Part shown: one piece after another, positions 30,177-38,548 of the stretch | How positions within the stretch are numbered: the stretch's first letter is position 1 | Layout of the letters: each line of letters opens with the position of its first letter | NCBI GenBank assembly: GCA_963770795.1 | Contig: CAVYQR010000002.1 | Span: 56,943-120,942, forward strand | Origin: an uncultured Chloroflexia bacterium | GTDB taxonomy: Bacteria > Chloroflexota > Limnocylindria > Limnocylindrales > CSP1-4 | Reading direction: 5' to 3' | DNA length: 64,000 nt | Notes under the pieces: model-generated | The model's input: the letters and a program-made list of their open reading frames with translations, nothing else | Database searches by the model: none | What the model was told of the DNA's origin: nothing | Made by a program: the position numbers and the translations under genes

Positions 30177-31694
30177 ATGCCGAGCTACCTGTCACCCGGC
30201 GTCTACGTCGAGGAGGTGCCGTCCGGCTCTCGACCGATCGAGGGTGTCGGGACCGCCGTCGCGGCGTTCGTCGGCCTCGCGGCGAAGGGCCCGTTCAACG
30301 AGCCACGGCTGCTCACCAACTGGGGGCAGTTCACCTCGACGTTCGGCGACTTCATGGAGGGTTCCTACCTCGCCCATGCGGTCTATGGATACTTCCTGAA
30401 TGGCGGCGGGTCCTGCTACCTGGTGCGCGTCGGTGCCGACGGAGCCCAGCCGGTCGCACGGGTGGAGCTGCCGAGCGCCGCCGATGCCGCGAAGCCCGCC
30501 TTCCGCGTCACGGCGCAAGAGCCCGGCGCGGCGGGCAACGACCTGAGCGTCGATATCGCCGAACCCAGCGACGCCGGCGAAGGGGTCTTCAAGCTCGTCG
30601 TGAAGCAGGGCGGCAAGACCGCGGAGACCTTCGACAACGTGACCGTCGGCCGCGGCAAGCAGAACGTGTCGACGGTCGTCAAGGCGCAATCGAAGCTCAT
30701 CACCATCGAGGAGGTGGGCTCACTGGCCGCCCCGGCAACCGCGTCCGCGGCCGCGCTCAGCGGCGGCAGCGCGAGTGTCCCCGCCCGCGTGACGCCCGAC
30801 GACTATGTCGGGAACTCGGCGGATCGGACCGGCTTCGCCGGCCTGGAAGCCGTGGACGAGGTCACGATGCTCGCCGTGCCCGACCTGATGGCCGTGTACG
30901 AGCAGGGGATCATCGACCTCGAGGGCGTCCTCGCCGTCCAGCTCGCGATGATCGCCCACTGCGAGCTGATGGGCGACCGCGTCGCCATCCTCGACGCGCC
31001 TCCAGGCCTCAACTCGCAGCAGGTCAAGGAGTGGCGGGTCGACAAGGCCGGCTACGACAGCAAGTACGCGGCCCTCTACTGGCCCTGGATCAAGGTGTTC
31101 GATCCATTGTCCGGCCAGGCGAAGTTCGTCCCGCCCGGGGGGCACATGGCCGGCGTCTGGGCCCGGAACGACGACACCCGCGGGGTCCACAAGGCCCCGG
31201 CCAACGAGGTCGTCCGCGGCGCCATCGCCCTCGAGCTCCAGGTGACCAAGGGCGAGCACGACGCGCTCAATCCGAATGGGATCAATGTCATCCGTTCCTT
31301 CCCCGGCCGCGGGATCCGCGTGTGGGGCGCCCGGACGCTCTCGTCCGATCCCGCCTGGCGCTACCTCAACGTCCGGCGCCTGTTCAACTACGTCGAGGAG
31401 TCGATCCTCGAGGGGACCCAGTGGGTCGTCTTCGAGCCGAACGACATGGCCCTCTGGGAGCGCGTGAAGCGGACCGTCGGCTCATTCCTGCTCGGGGTCT
31501 GGCGGGACGGTGCGTTGTTCGGGGCCACCCCGGACGCGGCGTTCTACGTCAAGTGCGACGCAGAGACCAACCCGCCGGACGTCATCGACCGCGGGCAGCT
31601 CGTCGTCGAGGTGGGAATTGCCCCGGTGAAGCCCGCCGAGTTCGTCATCTTCCGCATCGCCCAGTTCTCGGGCGGCGCGGGCGTCAGCGAATAA
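30177..31694 (+). CDS. contractile tail sheath protein (eCIS sheath)
   Basis: N-terminus MPSYLSPGVYVEEVPSGSRPIEGVGTAVAAFVGLAAKGP is the canonical sheath signature; 505 aa. Confidence 0.9.
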   Translation: MPSYLSPGVYVEEVPSGSRPIEGVGTAVAAFVGLAAKGPFNEPRLLTNWGQFTSTFGDFMEGSYLAHAVYGYFLNGGGSCYLVRVGADGAQPVARVELPSAADAAKPAFRVTAQEPGAAGNDLSVDIAEPSDAGEGVFKLVVKQGGKTAETFDNVTVGRGKQNVSTVVKAQSKLITIEEVGSLAAPATASAAALSGGSASVPARVTPDDYVGNSADRTGFAGLEAVDEVTMLAVPDLMAVYEQGIIDLEGVLAVQLAMIAHCELMGDRVAILDAPPGLNSQQVKEWRVDKAGYDSKYAALYWPWIKVFDPLSGQAKFVPPGGHMAGVWARNDDTRGVHKAPANEVVRGAIALELQVTKGEHDALNPNGINVIRSFPGRGIRVWGARTLSSDPAWRYLNVRRLFNYVEESILEGTQWVVFEPNDMALWERVKRTVGSFLLGVWRDGALFGATPDAAFYVKCDAETNPPDVIDRGQLVVEVGIAPVKPAEFVIFRIAQFSGGAGVSE

Positions 31695-31706
31695 GGAGCC
31701 GCCTGA

Positions 31707-32165
31707 ATGCCTTTCGGACTGCCGAGCCTGCCCAACGACGCGATCGCGTCGTACCACTTCTCCGTCGAGGTCGACAGCCTGGAGATCGCCCAGTTCTCGG
31801 AGCTCTCCGGGATCACGAGCGAGATCGACGTCATCGAGCTCAAGGAGAACATGCGCGACGGGAAGCCGGTCATCAAGAAGCTCCCGGGCGCGCGCAAGCC
31901 GCCGACCATCACCCTCAAGCGCGCGAAGAGCGCATCGATGGACCTTTGGAACTGGCACGCCGCGATGCGCGACGGCGACGTCGCCGGCGCCCGCAAGAAC
32001 GGCTCCGTCGTCCTCTACGACTACACCTTCGGGGAAGTGGCCCGCTACAACTTCCTCAACGGATGGGTGTCCAAGATCACGATGGGTGCGGCCAAGGCCG
32101 GGGCCAACGAGGTCCTGACCGAGGAGGTGACAATCGTGTGCGAAGAGCTCGTCCGGGTGAAGTGA
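31707..32165 (+). CDS. tail tube protein (T4 gp19 / Afp1-like)
   Basis: 152 aa; YHFSVEVDSLEIAQFSELSGITSEIDVIELKEN...KKLPGARKPPTITLKRA pattern. Confidence 0.85.
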   Translation: MPFGLPSLPNDAIASYHFSVEVDSLEIAQFSELSGITSEIDVIELKENMRDGKPVIKKLPGARKPPTITLKRAKSASMDLWNWHAAMRDGDVAGARKNGSVVLYDYTFGEVARYNFLNGWVSKITMGAAKAGANEVLTEEVTIVCEELVRVK

Positions 32166-32166
32166 C

Positions 32167-32589
32167 GTGATGGCCGGCGCCGAGGCTCCTGCCGCCCGGG
32201 TCGGGCGGCAGGATCCCGCGCTGCGGACGGAATTCCCGTTCGTCCTGCCGCGCGGTTACGTCGACGATGCGGGGGTTGTTCACCGCGACGGCGTCATGCG
32301 CCTGGCAACGGCGCGCGACGAGATCCTCCCCCAGCGCGACCCGCGCGTTCGCGAGAACGAGGCCTACCTGACGGTCCTCCTGCTGGCCCGGGTCGTGATG
32401 CGGATCGGCACGGTGTCACCGGTCACGACCGGGACGATCGAGGGCCTGTTCGCGTCCGATCTCGCGTTCCTCCAGGACCTCTACCGGCGGGTGAACGCCG
32501 AGGGCCACAGCCAGGCCGCCGTGACCTGCCCGGCGTGCAAGCACGAGTTCATGGTGGACCTGGCGGGTGATTCCCCGGGGGAATCGTGA
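32167..32589 (+). CDS. tail-assembly-chaperone-like protein (G-like ORF)
   Basis: 140 aa with good GC3, positioned between the tube and tape-measure-like genes; ends 10 nt after a CCCGGGG heptamer. Confidence 0.55.
   Translation: MMAGAEAPAARVGRQDPALRTEFPFVLPRGYVDDAGVVHRDGVMRLATARDEILPQRDPRVRENEAYLTVLLLARVVMRIGTVSPVTTGTIEGLFASDLAFLQDLYRRVNAEGHSQAAVTCPACKHEFMVDLAGDSPGES
32574..32580 (+). promoter_or_regulatory. candidate -1 programmed ribosomal frameshift site CCCGGGG (XXXYYYZ)
   Basis: Heptamer in the X_XXY_YYZ phase of the upstream ORF. The -1 frame opens at 32571 (after a TGA at 32568) and continues to 32741. Confidence 0.45.
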
Positions 32590-32741
32590 CGTACCCGACC
32601 GATCGCCTCTTCGAGGAGGTCGCGTACGTCGCCTACCACCTTCACTGGTCGTTCGAAGAGCTCCTCGACCTGGAGCATCCGGTCCGACGCCGGTTCGTCG
32701 AGGAGATCGACCGGTTGAACCGGCGTTCCGAGGAGGGTTAG
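32586..32741 (+). CDS. GT-like extension ORF (52 aa, -1 frame, overlaps the upstream stop as GTGA)
   Basis: VTYPTDRLFEEVAYVAYHLHWSFEELLDLEHPVRRRFVEEIDRLNRRSEEG; high GC3; not in the ORF track because it is short. Confidence 0.5.
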   Translation: MTYPTDRLFEEVAYVAYHLHWSFEELLDLEHPVRRRFVEEIDRLNRRSEEG

Positions 32742-32747
32742 ACGCGG

Positions 32748-34830
32748 ATGAATCTCGGGTCGCTGGTCCGGCGGCTCGTACCGGGCGCGCGCCCGTCCCG
32801 TGCCGGCGAGCAATCGGGTCCCGTCGGCACGGGTGTGCCGGGCGGGGATGCGTCCCTGCCTGGCCCGATCACGGCCGGCGAGTGGAGGTCTCTGCCGCCG
32901 ATCCAGAGAACGGTGGGCGCCATGCCGCTGATCGCACCCGGCGCACCATTCAAGGCCGGCCTCGCAGCGGCACGGCCCGCGCCTTTCGCGCTCGCGCCCC
33001 TCGGCCACGAGCGGCGCCTCGAGGCGCCGGCCGGGCTCGCGATCGGGATCGCGACCCCGGTGCAGCGTGCCCCGGCCGAGCCCCTCCCCACCTCCGTTCG
33101 CCGGCGGGGAGGGGCTGGCCACGGGCCGGGCACCGCGACAACCGGGGCCATCCACTGGCCGGACGCAGATACCGGGGAACCTGCCGCCGAGGGCCCGGCC
33201 GAGGCCAAGGGCGGCGAGGCACCCGCCGGCACATCGGTGAGACCGCACCCCGTCGAGGGACCGTCGCTCGTCTCAGGCCCATCGACGGCGACACCGCCGA
33301 CGGGGCTCGTCGGGATGGCCGCCGTGGCGCGATCCTTCTGCCGTCGCACAGCGGAGCGCCGAGGGCCTCGACTCGTCGGCCGGGAGCGCGCCGGTCGCGC
33401 TCGGCCCGCCCGTCGCGCTCCCGGCCGGGCTGGCGCCGTCCAACGCTGCGGAGGCATCAGTCGGGACGGCCGGCGCGCCCACGGCGCCGCTCGCCGGGTC
33501 TGGGCCGCCGCTGGTGGCGCGGCGCGTGCGGCTCGGCCCGCCCGTGCGCTCGCTGGGCTCCGCCGGGCCGGTCGTGGCCCATCCCCCGGGGAGTTCCGCC
33601 TCACAGGGCCAGCCGACCGTCGCCCGCGCTCCGGGCTCCCCGCCCGCGCCGGGCTCCCCGCCCGAGCGTGAGGCGGCTGCTGCAGGGGAACCGGTCGCCC
33701 CTGGCGAGGCTGCGGCCGTGCCGGTCACCGCGCCCCCGGGGGCTCCGCCCTCCCTTCAGGCCCTTTCAGCCGGATCTGGTGCCGTCCAGCCCGACGCCAC
33801 CGAGCCGGCGCCACTCGGAGCCCGAGGGGCGGCCGCGTCCGCCCTGGGTCCCCCCGTGGTCCTCCGGACCGCCGGCCCGGCGCGCCGCCCGAGCGCACCG
33901 CTTGTCGGCGGCCTGCGGCCGTCCGCCCACCTGGGCCACCCGGGAGTCATCCCGCGGTCCTCCGCGCCGGAGCCGGACGCGGCCCGGGCCGACGAGATCG
34001 GCAGCCCGTCCGCCGCGCTGGCCGCCCTCGCACGTGTCGACCCCTTCGGTGGCCCGTTCGGTGACACAGCGCCCGGCCCTGGCACCGGGTTCATCGCGCC
34101 CGGGGAGCCACCCTGGTCCGCCCCCTTCGCCGGTCGACCTGCCGGGTTCGCGCCGCAGTCCCAGCCCGGGTTCGCGTCGCAGTCCCAGCCCGGCGCCGGG
34201 TTCTCTGCGATGCCGGCGGTATCCCGGTCCCTTGGCGCAGGGGACGACGCCCAGGCGGACGACGGGCCCGGCCTCACCTGGACGAACCCGTGGGCCCCGC
34301 GAGGCGCCTCCGAGACCGCCGAGCGGCCGGGCTCCGGACCGTCACCACGAACGACGGATGTGGGCCTGAGGTCCGCGCAGCCCATCGTGTCTCGCGCGCC
34401 GTCCGGCCCGTTCGTGCCGAGGCCCCGGGGGCTCCGTGTCGCACCGGCGATCCAGCGCCGCGTGACCCAATCGGGCAGCCAGTCCGAGGACGCGCAGGCC
34501 GAGCGTGCCCCCGCGTCGGAGCCGCTCGACGGCTGGGGGACCGGACGGAACGCGCCAGCGGTCGCGCGCCTGGCGGACACGGCCGCCCCGCCGGTCAACC
34601 TGGCGCCGCTGCAGCGGGCCGAGGACGCGACCTCCGTGGCTCCCACCGCGGGCGCGGATCCCGCCTCGGGCGTGGCCGGCGGGACATCCGGGGCGCCCGG
34701 CAGTCCCGCGGCCGAGAAGGAGCTCGACGACCTCGCCCGACGGCTGTACGACCGGATTGGCCTGCGCCTGCGCCGCGAGCTGCTCGTCGAGCGCGAGCGG
34801 TCCGGTGCGCTCGTTGACCGGGGGTTCTGA
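32748..34830 (+). CDS. Pro/Ala-rich tape-measure-like protein (frame break between 33241 and 33671)
   Basis: Frame 0 (32748..33671) and frame 1 (open 33241..34830) both show a coding GC3 pattern. The C-terminus ELDDLARRLYDRIGLRLRRELLVERERSG is well formed. Position after the chaperone pair matches a phage tape measure. Confidence 0.4.
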
Positions 34831-34875
34831 GATGGGCAACACGCTGGTGCCCGGCGCGTGCGAGGGGACAGCCAG

Positions 34876-35304
34876 ATGACCGACACGGCGCTTGGCCTGC
34901 GCTTCCACGTCACGATCGACGGCAAGGACAGCCTCGGCGACTGGACGAAATGCGAGGGCCTGACCGTCGAGTACGACGTGTACGAGTACAAGGAGGGCGG
35001 GCTGAACGCGTACGTCCATCGCCTGCCGGGCCGGGCCAAGTACCAGAACCTCAAGCTCACACGGCCGGTGACCAAGGCCACCGCCGACGTCCTGGCGTGG
35101 TTGTCGAAGGTGAAGCCCGATGTGGAGCGGACGACTGCCAAGGTTGCCGTGCTCGACGAGGCCGGCACCGAGATCGCCGCCTGGACCTTCTACCAGGTCT
35201 ATCCGCTGCGTTGGACGGGGCCCACGCTCGACGTCGGCCAGAACCAGGTCGCCACCGAGACGCTCGAGCTGTGTCACGCGGGCTTCCTGAGCATGGCCGG
35301 GTGA
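34876..35304 (+). CDS. second tube-like protein (gp19 family / Afp5-like)
   Basis: LRFHVTIDGKDSLGDWTKCEGLTVEYDVYEYKEGGLNAYVHRLPGRAKYQNLKLTRP is the tube-family signature. Confidence 0.8.
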   Translation: MTDTALGLRFHVTIDGKDSLGDWTKCEGLTVEYDVYEYKEGGLNAYVHRLPGRAKYQNLKLTRPVTKATADVLAWLSKVKPDVERTTAKVAVLDEAGTEIAAWTFYQVYPLRWTGPTLDVGQNQVATETLELCHAGFLSMAG

Positions 35305-35308
35305 CGCG

Positions 35309-35992
35309 ATGAGCGACCAGTACGTCTTCGCCGCACTCCGGGTCGTCGAGGGAACCGTCTCCGGCGACACGGAGCTGTACTTCGACTTCAACCCAGGCGA
35401 GTACTCGGTCGACAAGAGCTCCACCTGGACGCGCCCCCAGATGAAGGGCGGCAAGCAGACCGGCAAACCGGAGTTCCAGGGGGCAAACGCCCAGATCGTC
35501 AAGATGGAGATCCTGTTCGACCAGTACGTCTCCGGGCCGGACGTTGCCAAATCGGTCAACACGCTGCTGGAGTGGATCAAGCCAACCGACGACTCGGTCA
35601 AGAAGAAGAAGCCCCAACCGCCGATCGTCATGTTCGAGTGGGGGCCAAACCCCGCCCTGACCTCGTTCCGCGCCTACGTGAAGTCCGTCGCGTCCAAGTT
35701 CATCCTGTTCAACAGCGACGGCACGCCGCTGCGGGCGACGGCGACCGTAACGCTGGAAGAGGTCCCGATCCCGGCCCCCAAACAGAACCCCACCTCGGGC
35801 GCCATTCACGGCCGGCGCACCCACCTGGTCGCCGAGGGCGACACGCTGGCCTCGATCGCCTGGGCCGAATACGAGGATCCGACGCTGTGGCGTGGGATCG
35901 CTGCCTTCAACGAGATCGACGATCCGCTGCGGGTGCAGCCGGGCCGGTCGATCCTGATCCCCACCGCCGACGAAGCGCGGCGCAGGTCCTGA
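35309..35992 (+). CDS. tube-initiator / baseplate protein with a C-terminal LysM domain (Afp7 / P2 gpX-like)
   Basis: C-terminal LysM (HLVAEGDTLASIAWAEYEDPTLWRGIAAFNEIDDPLRVQPGRSILIP); N-terminal tube-like fold region. Confidence 0.8.
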   Translation: MSDQYVFAALRVVEGTVSGDTELYFDFNPGEYSVDKSSTWTRPQMKGGKQTGKPEFQGANAQIVKMEILFDQYVSGPDVAKSVNTLLEWIKPTDDSVKKKKPQPPIVMFEWGPNPALTSFRAYVKSVASKFILFNSDGTPLRATATVTLEEVPIPAPKQNPTSGAIHGRRTHLVAEGDTLASIAWAEYEDPTLWRGIAAFNEIDDPLRVQPGRSILIPTADEARRRS

Positions 35993-35998
35993 TCCGCG

Positions 35999-37711
35999 AT
36001 GGCCACGTTCGCGCAGCAGACCACGGTCGAGATCGACGGCACGCCACTCGACGCGGCCCTGGAGCCGCTCGTGGAGCAAGTGGTCGTGGAGGACTACCTC
36101 CACCAGCCGGACATGGTCACCATCACGTTCCGGGACATCGAGCGCACGGTCGTGGCGGACGCCCGCATCCGGATCGGGTCGAAGCTCAAGGTCTCCGCGA
36201 GCTCGGTCGGCGGCCAGGCGCCCGAGGTGCTGGCGCTGGTGGAGGTCACCGCGCTGGAAGCCGAATACACGGCCGCGGGCTCGCGCGCGGTCGTCCGAGC
36301 CTACGACCCTTCGCACCGTTTCCATCGCGGCCGTCGGACGCAGACGTACGTGGGCATGAAGGACTCCGACATCGCCCGCGAGGTCGCCCAGCGAATCGGG
36401 GTCGAGGTGGGCACCGTGGAGGACTCCGGCCCGGTGCTGCCCCACGTGTCCCAGGCCAACGAGACCGATTGGGCATTCCTCGAGCGCCGGGGCCGCGAGA
36501 TCGGGTTCGAGGTCGCCGTCAACGAAGGGAAGTTCTCGTTCCGCAAACCGACCGATGCGGCCGCAGCACCCGGTGACGGCGACTACGACTCGACCGATCC
36601 GCTGAAGCTCGTGTTCGGGCAGGACCTCCTCGAGTTCCACCCGCGCATCAGCTCGGCCGAGCAGGTCGGCGAGGTGATCGTCAGAGGCTGGGACATGAAT
36701 GGGAAGCAGGCCGTGGTCGGTCGGTCTCCGGCCTCCGCCGCCTCGGCCACATTGAGCACCGGCCCGGCCCAGCTCGCGAAGACGTTCGGCGATCCGACGT
36801 ATACGTGCGTCGATCGCCCCGTCGCAACGCAGGCCGGCGTGGACGCCACCGCCAGGGCCCTGTCGGAGCGGATCGGCAGCGCGTTCGCCGAGGCGACGGG
36901 TGTGGCCCGCGGCAACCCGAAGCTGAAGGCCGGAACGGCGGTCAACGTGAGCGTCGTGGCCGACGAGTTCGCCGGCAAGTACGTGATCACGACCTCACGC
37001 CACGTGTTCGATCAGGACGGCTACCGCACGCGGTTCATCGTGTCAGGCCGCCTCGACCGGTCACTGCTCGGGCTGGCGACCGCCGGCGCCGACGGCCGGT
37101 CGCAGGAGTCCCGGATCAACGGGGTGACCGTCGCCCTGGTCACCAACAACACCGATCCGGACGGCCTTGGGCGGGTGAAGCTCACGTTCCCGTGGCTGGG
37201 CGACGGCTACGAGTCGGACTGGGCGCGCCTGGTGCAGCTGGGGGCCGGCCCGGACTCCGGGGCGGTCTGGCTGCCCGAGGTCAGCGACGAGGTGCTCGTC
37301 GCCTTCGAGCAGGGGGACGTGAGCCGGCCGTACGTCGTCGGAGGGCTGTGGAACGGCAGGGACAAGCCGCCCCTGGGTGAAGCACTGACCGACAACGGGA
37401 GGGTGAAGCGCCGCGGCTTCGTGTCCCGGCAAGGCCATCGTGTGGTGCTTCTCGACGGCGATGACGACTCCGGGATCGCCCTGCTCAGCGCCGACTCCAA
37501 GCTGCGGATCTCCCTCAACCAGACGAAGACCGAGATCCATGTGACGTCCGACGGGACGATCGTCATCGAGTCGACCGGCGACCTCAGCCTGAAATCCTCC
37601 GCCAACGTCAGCGTCGAGGCATCGGGGAACCTGACGCTCAAGGGCGGCGGCATGGTCAAGATCCAGGGCGCATCCGTCGACATCGACGGCTCGCCCATCA
37701 CGTTGAACTAG
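35999..37711 (+). CDS. VgrG / phage late-control gene D (gpD) spike-hub protein (Afp8-like)
   Basis: 570 aa; gp27/gp5-like order with the conserved PYVVGGLWNGRDKPP region and a C-terminal beta-helix-like repeat. Confidence 0.85.
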   Translation: MATFAQQTTVEIDGTPLDAALEPLVEQVVVEDYLHQPDMVTITFRDIERTVVADARIRIGSKLKVSASSVGGQAPEVLALVEVTALEAEYTAAGSRAVVRAYDPSHRFHRGRRTQTYVGMKDSDIAREVAQRIGVEVGTVEDSGPVLPHVSQANETDWAFLERRGREIGFEVAVNEGKFSFRKPTDAAAAPGDGDYDSTDPLKLVFGQDLLEFHPRISSAEQVGEVIVRGWDMNGKQAVVGRSPASAASATLSTGPAQLAKTFGDPTYTCVDRPVATQAGVDATARALSERIGSAFAEATGVARGNPKLKAGTAVNVSVVADEFAGKYVITTSRHVFDQDGYRTRFIVSGRLDRSLLGLATAGADGRSQESRINGVTVALVTNNTDPDGLGRVKLTFPWLGDGYESDWARLVQLGAGPDSGAVWLPEVSDEVLVAFEQGDVSRPYVVGGLWNGRDKPPLGEALTDNGRVKRRGFVSRQGHRVVLLDGDDDSGIALLSADSKLRISLNQTKTEIHVTSDGTIVIESTGDLSLKSSANVSVEASGNLTLKGGGMVKIQGASVDIDGSPITLN

Positions 37712-37720
37712 GGGTTTGGG

Positions 37721-38107
37721 ATGGGAGCGCCGGCGATCGTCATGGGCGACAGGATCACGGGGATGTGCGCGATCCACCAGATCCCCAACCCGGCCAGCGG
37801 CGTGCCGCAGCCAGGTCCGCCGATGCCGTTCAGCGCGCCGATCACCATGAGCACCGTCCCGAGCGTGATGATCGGCGGCAAGCCGGCCGCCGTGGCGGGA
37901 AGCCAGGGCCCCAACACGCCGCCGCACGTGGGGCTGCACCCGGCGGACCCGTACCTGGCGCCTCCCATGCAGATCGGCAAGATCGTGTCCGGCAGCGCGA
38001 CGGTGCTCATCGGCGGCCAGCCGGCGGCGTCCGCCTCATCGCCGTGCACCTGCTGCGCGACCCCGGGGACCCTCGTGCCGACCGTCACCACCGTGCTCAT
38101 CGGATAG
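37721..38107 (+). CDS. PAAR-domain spike tip protein
   Basis: 128 aa directly after VgrG; SVMIGGKPAAVAGS and ATVLIGGQPAA PAAR-like motifs. Confidence 0.65.
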   Translation: MGAPAIVMGDRITGMCAIHQIPNPASGVPQPGPPMPFSAPITMSTVPSVMIGGKPAAVAGSQGPNTPPHVGLHPADPYLAPPMQIGKIVSGSATVLIGGQPAASASSPCTCCATPGTLVPTVTTVLIG

Positions 38108-38117
38108 GAGGGGAACC

Positions 38118-38516
38118 GTGAGCCAGGAATTCATCGGGCAGGGTTGGGCCTTCCCGGTCACCACGGACGCGACAGGGGGCATCCGCCTCGTGTCCCGGGA
38201 GGCCGAGATCGAGCAGAGCATCCGCCTGATTCTCTCAACGGCGCCCGGGGAGCGCCCGATGCGGCCCGAGTTCGGGTGCGCCATCCATGACTACGTGTTC
38301 GATCCGGCGGACGGCCGCACCGCGGCCCGGATGTCGTTCGCTGTTCGCGAGGCGCTTCGTCGCTGGGAGCCGCGGATCGACGTCATCGACGTGCGTGTCG
38401 ACCGTCACCCGGACGCGGACGACGCGCTCCTGCTGGACATCCGCTACACGACGTCCGACACCAACGACCCGCGCAATCTCGTGTTCCCGTTCTACGTCAT
38501 CCCCGGCGAAGGCTGA
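38118..38516 (+). CDS. baseplate wedge protein gp25/GPW family (Afp9-like)
   Basis: GQGWAFPVTTDATGGIRLVSREAEIEQSIRLILSTAPGERPMRPEFGCAIHDYVFDP is the GPW/gp25 signature; GTG start with a GGAGGGGAA RBS. Confidence 0.85.
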   Translation: MSQEFIGQGWAFPVTTDATGGIRLVSREAEIEQSIRLILSTAPGERPMRPEFGCAIHDYVFDPADGRTAARMSFAVREALRRWEPRIDVIDVRVDRHPDADDALLLDIRYTTSDTNDPRNLVFPFYVIPGEG

Positions 38517-38548
38517 GCCTCGACCACCAACCCAGGAGCGCAGCCCTG

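Noticed and set aside
32567-34369. 600-aa Arg/Pro-rich ORF (third frame) across the tape-measure-like region
   Set aside because: Arg/Pro/Gly-rich off-frame translation typical of GC-rich DNA; the two other frames carry the coding GC3 signal.
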